From assembly GCA_963803435.1 (NCBI GenBank), contig CAWDML010000001.1, forward strand, positions 2,656,001-2,720,000: a stretch of 64,000 nucleotides of DNA. The letters run 5' to 3'. Positions 52,652 to 60,850 of the stretch are shown piece after piece; position 1 is the stretch's first letter; the number at the start of each line of letters is the position of its first letter. The notes beneath the pieces were generated by a model. That model had not been told where the DNA came from, did not search any database, and saw only the letters and a program-made list of their open reading frames with translations. A program made the translations under genes and the position numbers. Source of the DNA: an uncultured delta proteobacterium (GTDB lineage Bacteria > Myxococcota > Kuafuiibacteriia > Kuafuiibacteriales > Kuafuiibacteriaceae).

Positions 52652-52687
52652 AAAAGCAAAAGGCCGGACTCGAGGAGCCCGGCCTTT
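52652..52687 (-). terminator. Intrinsic terminator after 52721..53074
   Basis: Stem AAAGGCCGGACTC/GAGCCCGGCCTTT followed on the minus strand by TTTTGCTTTT. Confidence 0.8.
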
Positions 52688-52720
52688 CATCGGTCGCTTG
52701 GTTCGTCGAATCGTGAGGGC

Positions 52721-53074
52721 TTACTTGCCCACGCGGTCGGCCAGGTTCGGACGGACAGCCGTGGTGACGGCCGCGGCGCTGTGCGTCGCGAGCATCAGCG
52801 TGGCCGCGCCCTCGGCCGCGGTCAGCATCGAGAACCCGATGCCGTTCGCGATGTCGCCACCGCTGAACTTCTCGACAGCCCGGCTGAGGTCGTTCATCGC
52901 CTGGTCACCGACCAGCTGGGCCGCACGGCCGTACGCGAAGGCCTGCACGCCGCCCGTGATGAGGCGAGCGCCGCCGATTTCCTTGGCGCCAACGTAGTCA
53001 TTGAAGCGATCGGTCGACTGGACGGCGGCGCCCCACGGAATCAAGGTCTTGGCAGTTCCACTAACGAAGCTCAT
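52721..53074 (-). CDS. Small Ala/Gly-rich hypothetical protein (117 aa)
   Basis: GAGGAGAG RBS, own terminator, amphipathic/hydrophobic helices, no signal peptide. Confidence 0.75.
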   Translation of the reverse strand: MSFVSGTAKTLIPWGAAVQSTDRFNDYVGAKEIGGARLITGGVQAFAYGRAAQLVGDQAMNDLSRAVEKFSGGDIANGIGFSMLTAAEGAATLMLATHSAAAVTTAVRPNLADRVGK

Positions 53075-53172
53075 GGTCTCTCCTCGCGGCCGACAGCCGC
53101 TGTAACAGTTGGGCTTGTTTGCCCTTGTTCAGTTGCCGCCGGCCTACTGTCCCGGCTGCTTTGTTGACCACG

Positions 53173-53199
53173 TTATCGGAGTGAACCAGCGCTAGTTGC
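53173..53199 (-). promoter_or_regulatory. Sigma-28 (FliA/WhiG)-like promoter
   Basis: Minus strand GCAA-N15-TCCGATAA vs TAAA-N15-GCCGATAA. Confidence 0.5.
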
Positions 53200-53438
53200 T
53201 TACATCGAGCGACAACGGACTACCTTAGTGCCGTATGCTAACTGCCCGAAATCGCCCGAACACCGACCTGAAGGTCCTACAAACACACATGATCATCGGA
53301 TCTTTATCGGATTGGGGGCGGACCGCGGAACAGATCGGCCTGTCCCCCGTGTCTTGATCACCAGACTCGACGCAGGGCTTCGTCCCGCGTCGCCTTGAAC
53401 CCCGCCGGGCGCGAAGACCCCGGCAGAGGAGAAAAACG

Positions 53439-53927
53439 ATGCATCCAGGCGTGTTCTATCGCTGGAAGCGCGGCCGTGAACGGGCCGCCGAAGCGTGGGC
53501 GGGCTGCGGGCCCGACCACCACCCCCACCACCACGAGCGATTCGAGGCCGGACGTCCGGGCGCCCCGTTCGACGCCGGCCCAGGCGCCCCGTTCGGCGTG
53601 CGACGGCCGCTGCGCTTCCTGGCGCACAAGCTCGAGCTCGACGAGGCCCAGATCCAGAAGCTGGCTGCCATACTCAACGACCTGAAGACGGAGCGGGCCC
53701 AGGCCGCGGTCGACGACCAGCGGACCATCGCCTCGATGGCCCAGGCCCTCGAGAGCGACGTGTTTGACCAGACCAAGGCCAAGGCCGCCCTGGACCTCAG
53801 GGTCACCAGCGCCGAGCGGCTTCGGGACGCGGTCCTGGTCGCCATGGAGCGGACCCACGCCATGCTGACCCCCGAGCAGCGGTCTGCCCTCGCCTACCTG
53901 CTCCGGTCCGGCGCCCTCTCCATCTAA
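53439..53927 (+). CDS. Spy/CpxP-like (LTxxQ) protein
   Basis: KLELDEAQ and LTPEQR motifs; His-rich N-terminus; AGAGGAG RBS. Confidence 0.75.
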   Translation: MHPGVFYRWKRGRERAAEAWAGCGPDHHPHHHERFEAGRPGAPFDAGPGAPFGVRRPLRFLAHKLELDEAQIQKLAAILNDLKTERAQAAVDDQRTIASMAQALESDVFDQTKAKAALDLRVTSAERLRDAVLVAMERTHAMLTPEQRSALAYLLRSGALSI

Positions 53928-53947
53928 ATCTCCCGTCCCCTCCCCTT

Positions 53948-53977
53948 CCCACCCCTGCCGGCGCCGCCGGCAGTGGG
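53948..53977. terminator. GC-rich hairpin between convergent genes
   Basis: CCCAC-CC-CTGCCGGC-GCC-GCCGGCAG-TGGG. Confidence 0.5.
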
Positions 53978-53981
53978 TTCT

Positions 53982-55718
53982 TCATATGCGGCATGGAGGC
54001 AACACGACGTGCTGATAGAGCGCGCCGTCCCTGAAGCCGAGCCGGCGATAGTAGGCGCGGGTTCCGATCGCGGAGATCACGGCCAGGTCCAGGAAGCCCT
54101 CTTCGGCTGCGATCGCCGCGGCGCGCTCGACCAAGGCCCGCCCGAGCCCGGCGTGCTGCGGCCGCGAGCCGGCCGCTTCGTCCAGCCCGACGACCTGGCC
54201 ATAGACGTGGACCTCCCGGATGAGCGCGGCGCTCGCCAGCTCGGGGACGAAGCTCGGCGCCGCGGGGAGCGTGAGCCGCAAAAACGCGACGATCCGATCC
54301 TCGCCCGAGACGAACTGGAGGAACCGCTCGCGTCCGACGGAGGTTCCGTACTCGAGCTCCTCGAGACGGAGCGCGCGCACCGGATCGCGACGGATCTCGC
54401 GGGCCCGGATCTCGCGGCAACACCGTCCGCGCCCGGCGATCGCGCGGTCCGCCAGCTCCCGCAGGTTCGACAGCTTGTTGCCGGCGACGATGTCGTGGCT
54501 CGGGATGTCGCGGATGACCCGTGTGATGCGGCAGTAGGGCGGCACGCTCAGCATGCAGTCGGCCACCAGCTCCACCAGCTCTTCTTCTCCGTAGGGCCGG
54601 AACTCGCCCGAGCGATAGAACCGCATCAGCTCGGCGGACTCGATCAGGCTGCAGGGATAGATCTTGAGCTCGTCGGGGCGGAAGTCCGGATCGTCGAAGA
54701 TCCGGGCGAAGTCTTCCCGGTCCTTCGCGGGATCGGAGCCGTAGAGGTTCGGCATCCAGTGCGCGTGCACCTTGAAGCCGGCGGCGCGGAGGAGCCGCAT
54801 CGCCCGGCGGGTCGCGGCGACGTCGTGCCCGCGGCGGTTCAACGACAGCACCCGATCGTCGAGGCTCTGATAGCCGAGCTGCACCTTGGTGGCGCCGAGC
54901 CGGCGCATCCGCATCACCTCCTCCTCGGTGACGTGATCCGGTCGCGTCTCCACGACCAGGCCGACGCATCGGGAGGCCGCGGACTCGTTGCTCCGGTGCG
55001 CCTCCTCGAGCTGGTCCCAGGTGGCTGACTCCCGCCCGCTGTGCAGGCTGCCCTGCAGACGGACCAGGTGATCGCGGACCGTCCCGTTGTAGTCGGCGCC
55101 GAGCGAGAGCGCTTCGAAGCCGGGCAGCGTGGGATCGGGCGGTGGCGGGGTGTCGGCGTCGTACTCGTTCATCGCGCGGAAGCAGCGCTCGACGAACCAG
55201 ACCTGATAGGGCTCCGGATACGAGGACCAGGTCCCGCCCAGCAGGATCATCTCGACCTTGTCGGTCCGGTGGCCGTTGATCCGGAACGCCACCAGTCGCG
55301 AAGCCGTCTGGGCGTAGGGATCGAAGCGATTCTGCGCCGCCCGCTGCGCGCCCGGCTCCATCGAGAGGTAGCTCTTCGGCATGCGCACGTCGTTCGGGCA
55401 GAAGATGCAGCGGCCGGGACAGGGGAACGGCTTGGTCAGGACTGTCACCGGCGCCACCCCGCTCTGCGTGCGGACCGGCTTGCTCCGCAGGCGCGCGCAG
55501 ACCAACTCGGAGTCCCAGCCGTATTTTCCGGCGAATCGGCGAACGCCCTGGATCAGCTCGCTCTTCTTGAAGAGGTCAGAGCGGCCCTTGGGGTGGCGAC
55601 GCAGCAGCGCCAGCAACGCTCGCTCCGTCGGCGCCGCCATCATCAGCTCCCCCACGATCGCTGCGATCTGGGCCTCGTAGGCCTCGGGCTTGAAATCGAA
55701 GCGATGATGGGATCGCAT
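53982..55718 (-). CDS. elp3: Elp3-like radical SAM/KAT tRNA uridine(34) carboxymethyltransferase
   Basis: PVRTQSGV, CPGRCIFCP, PKSY, ETRPD, HWMPNL, PDELKIYP, RVIRDIP, CREIRARE, IREVHVYG, QHAGLG, VISAIGTRAYYRRLG. Confidence 0.93.
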   Translation of the reverse strand: MRSHHRFDFKPEAYEAQIAAIVGELMMAAPTERALLALLRRHPKGRSDLFKKSELIQGVRRFAGKYGWDSELVCARLRSKPVRTQSGVAPVTVLTKPFPCPGRCIFCPNDVRMPKSYLSMEPGAQRAAQNRFDPYAQTASRLVAFRINGHRTDKVEMILLGGTWSSYPEPYQVWFVERCFRAMNEYDADTPPPPDPTLPGFEALSLGADYNGTVRDHLVRLQGSLHSGRESATWDQLEEAHRSNESAASRCVGLVVETRPDHVTEEEVMRMRRLGATKVQLGYQSLDDRVLSLNRRGHDVAATRRAMRLLRAAGFKVHAHWMPNLYGSDPAKDREDFARIFDDPDFRPDELKIYPCSLIESAELMRFYRSGEFRPYGEEELVELVADCMLSVPPYCRITRVIRDIPSHDIVAGNKLSNLRELADRAIAGRGRCCREIRAREIRRDPVRALRLEELEYGTSVGRERFLQFVSGEDRIVAFLRLTLPAAPSFVPELASAALIREVHVYGQVVGLDEAAGSRPQHAGLGRALVERAAAIAAEEGFLDLAVISAIGTRAYYRRLGFRDGALYQHVVLPPCRI

Positions 55719-55744
55719 GGAGCCGGGGCGAACGTAGGCGATCG

Positions 55745-56425
55745 ATGAAGCCGGAGACAATCGAAAGGCTGCTGGCCCTCAACGCCGCCTTCTACCAGGC
55801 CTCGGCCGAGGGCTTCAGCGCCACCCGCCGCACGCCCTGGCCCGGATGGACGCGCCTCCTCGACCGCTTTCGTGCGCCGATCTCGGTCCTCGATCTCGGG
55901 TGTGGGAACGGCCGGTTCTTCGCCGAGCTCGGCCGTCGCGGCCTGGCGGGGGCGTACCTCGGCGTCGACACCAGCGAGGCCCTGATCGCGATCGCACGCA
56001 GGGCCCATCCGGAGGCGCGCTTTGAGCGGGCGGACGCGCTCGCGCCGGCGGCCGGCGAGACCTTCGAGCTGTGCGTGGCGTTCGGGCTCCTCCACCATCT
56101 GCCGTCGTTCGTGCTTCGGGAGCGCTTCGTCCGGTCTCTGGGCCCGCGGATGGTGGAGGGCGGCACCGCCTGCCTCACGTTCTGGCGATTCGCGGAGCGG
56201 GCCCGCTTCGAGCGGCGCATCGCGCCGTGGGATCCGGGCGACGACGTCGAGCCGGGCGACCACCTTCTCCGGTTCGGCGGAGATCGATCCCTACGCTATT
56301 GCCATCACGCGAGCGACGCGGAGATCGATCGTCTGGTGACCGCGACCGGGCTGAAGGAGGTCGATCGTTACGCGGCTGACGGGGAGACCGAAGACCTCAA
56401 CCTCTATTCGGTCCTCGTCCGTTAG
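55745..56425 (+). CDS. Class I SAM methyltransferase with Trm9/ALKBH8-like motifs
   Basis: FY...A..FSATRRTPWP, VLDLGCGNGR, GVDTS, LLHHLP, RYCH. Confidence 0.8.
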   Translation: MKPETIERLLALNAAFYQASAEGFSATRRTPWPGWTRLLDRFRAPISVLDLGCGNGRFFAELGRRGLAGAYLGVDTSEALIAIARRAHPEARFERADALAPAAGETFELCVAFGLLHHLPSFVLRERFVRSLGPRMVEGGTACLTFWRFAERARFERRIAPWDPGDDVEPGDHLLRFGGDRSLRYCHHASDAEIDRLVTATGLKEVDRYAADGETEDLNLYSVLVR

Positions 56426-56996
56426 AGCTGTGGGACGTGTGATCGACGTTCGTGACGATCGGCGTGGGGACGACCTCGTCGTGCGGGAGCACGTCGGCGC
56501 GGGCGGGGCGAACGCTGACCTCTTGCTGCTCGAGCGAGAGCGCCAGGTTCAGCCGCTCCTTCACCATCATCACCTCACGATAGTGACCCTCGAGCTCCTC
56601 GATGGAGCGGCGCTTCGAGTTGATCTCGTCCTCGAGCGCCGAGATGGCGCGACGCTGGCCGGCCATCTTCTCCTCGAGCTCGTGCTCACGTCGGTGGGCC
56701 TCCTGGATCAGGCCGGGGACGCTGATGCGCACCGACTCCAGCGTCTTCTTGAGGACGCGGACGACCAGCTCGACGTTTCCGCCGGGAAGCTCGCGCATGA
56801 GCTTGGTGAGCTGCTCGATCCCATAGCCGGCGGACTGCGGCGCCGGGCTCGGCGTCAAACCGGACTGCGATGGATGCACCGGCGAATGACCGACGACCGT
56901 CACCTGCGGCGGCATGATCGGCGCGGGCATGCGACCCTGCACCGGCAGGACCGCCACCTCGTCCTCGAGCCGCTTCTTTTCCTTGAACAAAGCCAT
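56397..56996 (-). CDS. Coiled-coil hypothetical protein
   Basis: MALFKEKK start; YGIEQLTKLMRELP...VLKKTLES; heptad region. Confidence 0.6.
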   Translation of the reverse strand: MALFKEKKRLEDEVAVLPVQGRMPAPIMPPQVTVVGHSPVHPSQSGLTPSPAPQSAGYGIEQLTKLMRELPGGNVELVVRVLKKTLESVRISVPGLIQEAHRREHELEEKMAGQRRAISALEDEINSKRRSIEELEGHYREVMMVKERLNLALSLEQQEVSVRPARADVLPHDEVVPTPIVTNVDHTSHSSNGRGPNRG

Positions 56997-57057
56997 CCAT
57001 CCCGGATAGCCGATCGGACCCCGTTCGTCCGTCGGCCAAGGATCGGTGTGACCCCGG

Positions 57058-57900
57058 CTATGGGGCGACCTCGAGGGGCGGCGGGGCGTCGGCGCGATCG
57101 AACGGGTCGACCCGCCGGAGGTAGAGATCGCCCAGCTGCGGGCGCAAAGCGCGCACCCGGCCCATGTCGCCCGACTGGGTCCGATGGGCTCGTGTGATGG
57201 AGAGCGCAACGTCGAGGCAACTCCTTCGGCCCGGGCCACATGTCACTCCGGTATCGAACGTCTCCGTGGGCGCGCGGTCGTCCCCGGAGAGCGCGAGCCG
57301 GATCGGCCAGTAGCGATTGAGCACGTAATAGACGGCGCCGACCCGGTGCTGCGGCCACGCCCTGCGCACGGCCTCCAGCGCGAATCGCGAGGCAAGCTGG
57401 TGCTCGGGATGTCCGGTGAAGCCGTGGTCCGGATCGAAAGTGATCAGAACCGTGGGCTTGAAGCGCAAGATGGCTTGCAAGACCAGGTCGGCGGGATCGT
57501 GCTGCTCGACCCACCGCCGTCCGATCTCGTGGCGCGGCGGAAAGGAGCTCACCGGGAGGGGCGCGTTCCAGTAGTTGTGGTGCTCGAGCCGGGCGCCGTA
57601 GGCTGCCGCCACCAGCTGCATCTCGCGGCCGCGGACCGTACCCAGGTCGGGACGGCAGCCCTCCGGGAGCAGACACTCCCCGCCCTGGCCGTGGTTCATC
57701 ACGAAGAAGTAGCAGGGTCAATCCCGCGCGATGCAAGCGAAGGAGAGCACCGAGCTGGCAAGGGTCTCGTCGTCCGGATGCGCGCCGACCCACATGATGC
57801 GGGCGTCCGCGGCCTCGAGGGCGTCAACGAGCGTCGGCCCGCCGCCCTCCTGGACCCCTGCGCAGCCGGCGATCGCCAGGGCGGCCAGGGCCGCCTTCAC
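57058..57900 (-). CDS. PIG-L/LmbE family deacetylase lipoprotein with in-frame TGA at 57718-57720
   Basis: Lipobox IAGC; GAHPDDET; [14 protein letters not shown]; AHRTQ; both ORF halves share one frame. Confidence 0.8.
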
Positions 57901-58611
57901 GACAGCGCGACTCCGAGATCCCGCAGCTGCTTCGTCGCCAGCGCGCTCCAGCCCTTGTTCGCGGAGGGGCTGGCCGGGCTCGGGTGGAGGATCCGGCCGA
58001 TCCGCACGTTCATCCCGTGCAAGCTGGCTTGCGCGCGCGCCTCGGCGAAGGCGCCGACTCCGACCACCACCGCGGGCTCGATGCACTCGACGGTGAAGCG
58101 GAGGGCGCGATCGCGAATCTCGAAGAGCGCGAGCTTCTCTGCGGCCGCCAGCTTGTCGGGCGTCCGGTTGCGGCCGCTCTCCTCCATGAAGACCAGCGGG
58201 CAGTAGTTGCCCACGAACATCCGCTCCGAGAAGCGCTCGGGGGTGCCGAACAGGTCGCGGATTCCAGCCCCACAGCCGCGCGCCGCTCACCTCGCTGCGG
58301 CGGCACTCGAAGCCCTCAATCCGACGCTTGGGATGCTCGTGGGCGGGCCTGCCGACCTTGGCGCGGATGCCGAGCCAGTCGCGCACCATCGAGACCTCGC
58401 CGAAGGGGACCCCGGTCTGCGCCATCCCGTACGGGCCCGGGTTCATGCCGAGGAGCATCACCTCGGCGCCGCGCCGCGCGTAGCGGTCGAGGTACGCGCG
58501 GTGCGCCTCGAAGGCGTACTCGAACGGGTTGTAGACGTGGGTCACCGGCGCTGAGAACTGGAGCGCGGCGAGCTCCTCGGTCATGCGGGTGGCGATCTCG
58601 ACGAGCTGCAT
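57897..58611 (-). CDS. SMUG1-family uracil-DNA glycosylase; frameshift near 58262
   Basis: [46 protein letters not shown]. Confidence 0.9.
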
Positions 58612-58622
58612 CCCGACGCTGT

Positions 58623-59573
58623 CTAGCAACGTTGCGCCTGCTCTTCCAGGTCGATCGTCTCCTTCACCCAGCGCTGCTCGGAGTCGTAGTCGGGGAAGGC
58701 CGCCGGAAACGCGGGGTCGTGCCAGCGTCGGGCGACCCAGGCCGCATAGTGGATGTAGCGGAGACCGCGCAGCGGCTCGACGAGGGAGAGCCACGACGGA
58801 TCGAACTCGCGGAACTGGTTGTAGGCCTCGACGAACATCTCCCGCTGCGCCTTGCCCTCCTCGTCCCGGCCGCCCACCAGGAGCCAGACGTCCTGCGCCG
58901 CGGGCCCCGTGAGGAAGTCGTCGAAGTCGAGGAAGAAGAAGCCCTCCTTGCCCTCGAGCAGATTACCCATGTGGCAGTCACCGTGGATGCGGTGCATCGG
59001 GACGCGCTTGCTGCGCTCCGCGTAGGTCTTCGCGATGTGATCGACCGCGGCGCGGTACCGGTCCGCCCAGCGGTCGGGCACGAAGCCCTTGTCCTCCAGG
59101 ACGGCGAGCGGCTCGTAGGCGTAGGTCTTGGGATCGAGCGTGCGGCGGTGCTTGGGCCTCTTGAGCGCGCCGATGTTGTGGATGCGGGCGACCAGGCGGC
59201 CGAGCCGGCGGATCTGCTCCTCGCTGAGCTCGTCGGGCGAGCGCCCGCCGGTCCGCGGCCACACCGCGTAGTAGATCTCTTCGACCTCGTGGAGCGACTC
59301 GCCGTCCTCGAAGACCAGGGGCGCGCACACCGGGATCTCGTGCTCCTTCAGATCGAAGAGCAGCTCGTGCTCCTCGAGGATCGCCTCGCGGGACCAGCGA
59401 CCGGGGCGATAGAACTTCACGACGATGTGGGATCGATCCTCGAGCATGAGGTCGTAGACCCGGTTCTCCATGCAGTGCAGCGCGAGGATGTGGCCGGTGG
59501 GCTCGAAACCGCCGGCCTCGACGGCCTTCAGCACCCAGTCGGGGGTCAGCTTGAAGAAGAGATCCGTCGACAC
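58623..59573 (-). CDS. srkA: Stress response kinase A (SrkA/RdoA/YihE)
   Basis: [41 protein letters not shown]. Confidence 0.92.
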   Translation of the reverse strand: MSTDLFFKLTPDWVLKAVEAGGFEPTGHILALHCMENRVYDLMLEDRSHIVVKFYRPGRWSREAILEEHELLFDLKEHEIPVCAPLVFEDGESLHEVEEIYYAVWPRTGGRSPDELSEEQIRRLGRLVARIHNIGALKRPKHRRTLDPKTYAYEPLAVLEDKGFVPDRWADRYRAAVDHIAKTYAERSKRVPMHRIHGDCHMGNLLEGKEGFFFLDFDDFLTGPAAQDVWLLVGGRDEEGKAQREMFVEAYNQFREFDPSWLSLVEPLRGLRYIHYAAWVARRWHDPAFPAAFPDYDSEQRWVKETIDLEEQAQRC

Positions 59574-59660
59574 GCCCCGGGGGATACTTCGGGCGGGGCG
59601 GTCACGGAAGCTCGATCTTCCGCCTACAACGCTTATCTTTCCGTACACACGGCGATCGCC

Positions 59661-60350
59661 TCATCGGGCCGTGCGAAAGCCGAGATGCGAGAACTGTGCG
59701 CCGGCGTCGTAGCCGTTCCAGACATCCGTGCGGTTCTGGTCGGGCCGCGAGGCCCACGAGCCGCCGCGGGCCATCATCGGACCGCCTGGTGCGTCGGGCC
59801 TGGACGGGGTCGCGGTCCACTGCCAGACGTTGCCCACCAGATCATAATGTCCAAAGGGACCGACCCCGCGACGAAAGTGTCCCACAGGCCAGGTGACCCG
59901 AGCGCCCTGCCCGCGGACCGCGGCGGCCTTCGGATCCCATGCGTTGCCCCAGGGATAGGGCCGCCCCTCGAGGCCACGCGCCGCAGCCTCCCATTCGACG
60001 TCGGCCGGCAGTCGGCGCCCCTCAAAGCGACAGAAGGCGTCCGCCTCGTACCAGGAGACACCGACCACGGGCCGATCAGGCCGGAGAAAGCGCGCCCACT
60101 TCGCCTCGTTCCAGAAGCGCGGCGCGGTGAGCTTGTACGCGCTGATCATCCGCCAGCCGCGTGGATCCCAGAATCGCCGCTCGCGATAGCCGCCGGCGTC
60201 GATGAACCTCCGATAGCGCGCCACGGTGACGAGGTGGCGATCGAGGTGAAACGCGTCCACCTCGGTGGGCCCGTAGCGCTCGGAGAGTGGATAAACGCCC
60301 GCGGGCACGCGCTCCTCGGCGGGTCGATCCGCGAGGAGGACGGCGTCCAT
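59661..60350 (-). CDS. SUMF1/FGE-sulfatase domain protein
   Basis: PVVGVSWYEA.AFC...RRLP...EWE.AARG...YPWG...DLVGNVWQW...RGGSW...LGFR. Confidence 0.9.
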   Translation of the reverse strand: MDAVLLADRPAEERVPAGVYPLSERYGPTEVDAFHLDRHLVTVARYRRFIDAGGYRERRFWDPRGWRMISAYKLTAPRFWNEAKWARFLRPDRPVVGVSWYEADAFCRFEGRRLPADVEWEAAARGLEGRPYPWGNAWDPKAAAVRGQGARVTWPVGHFRRGVGPFGHYDLVGNVWQWTATPSRPDAPGGPMMARGGSWASRPDQNRTDVWNGYDAGAQFSHLGFRTAR

Positions 60351-60745
60351 CAATTCACGCCCGAAGGGATCACCGACGGCGTGCTGAGAAGAAAGGGGGC
60401 GATCTCGGCGTCGAACATGGAGCCGTCTTCCAGATGCATCTGGTAGCTGCCGTGCATCGTGCCCCAGGGCGTCTTCAGGATGGAGCCCGAGGTGTACTCG
60501 AAGGACTGATTGGGGCGCAAAACCGGCTGTTCGCCCACGACGCCCTCACCTCTGACCTCCTGCGCGCGGCCCGTGCCGTCGGTGATGATCCAGTGGCGCG
60601 TCTTGAGCTGCACGGTGTCCCTGCCCTCGTTCGAGATGCGGACCGTGTACGCGAAAACGTAACGGCCCTGCGTCGGCATCGATTGCTCCGGCAGGTACTT
60701 CGAGCGGACACTGACGCGGACGCCGTTGGTGACCGCGACCGACAT
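60350..60745 (-). CDS. apaG: ApaG protein
   Basis: YVFAYTVRISN, RHWIITD, EVRGEGVVGEQP, FEYTSG. Confidence 0.95.
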   Translation of the reverse strand: MSVAVTNGVRVSVRSKYLPEQSMPTQGRYVFAYTVRISNEGRDTVQLKTRHWIITDGTGRAQEVRGEGVVGEQPVLRPNQSFEYTSGSILKTPWGTMHGSYQMHLEDGSMFDAEIAPFLLSTPSVIPSGVN

Positions 60746-60850
60746 GCCCCCGGAGTGTGCCGAGCCCGGTGTGGCGATTCAAGGCAATCCTTCATCCGAG
60801 GCAAAACGGCCGGCGTCGTCGGCTGGAGAAAAGCCGCCTATCGTGTGAGC

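Noticed and set aside
49543-52716. 1057-aa plus-strand ORF and other long shadow ORFs (5552..7333, 32974..34842, 57984..60446)
   Set aside because: Antisense to well-formed genes; stop-poor shadow frames are expected at this GC; no motifs
57718-57720. In-frame TGA in the PIG-L gene as selenocysteine or readthrough
   Set aside because: Not at a recognisable catalytic position; the downstream hairpin is unremarkable for GC-rich DNA; GAT-TGA is one change from GAT-CGA (Arg), matching the GATC-linked error pattern
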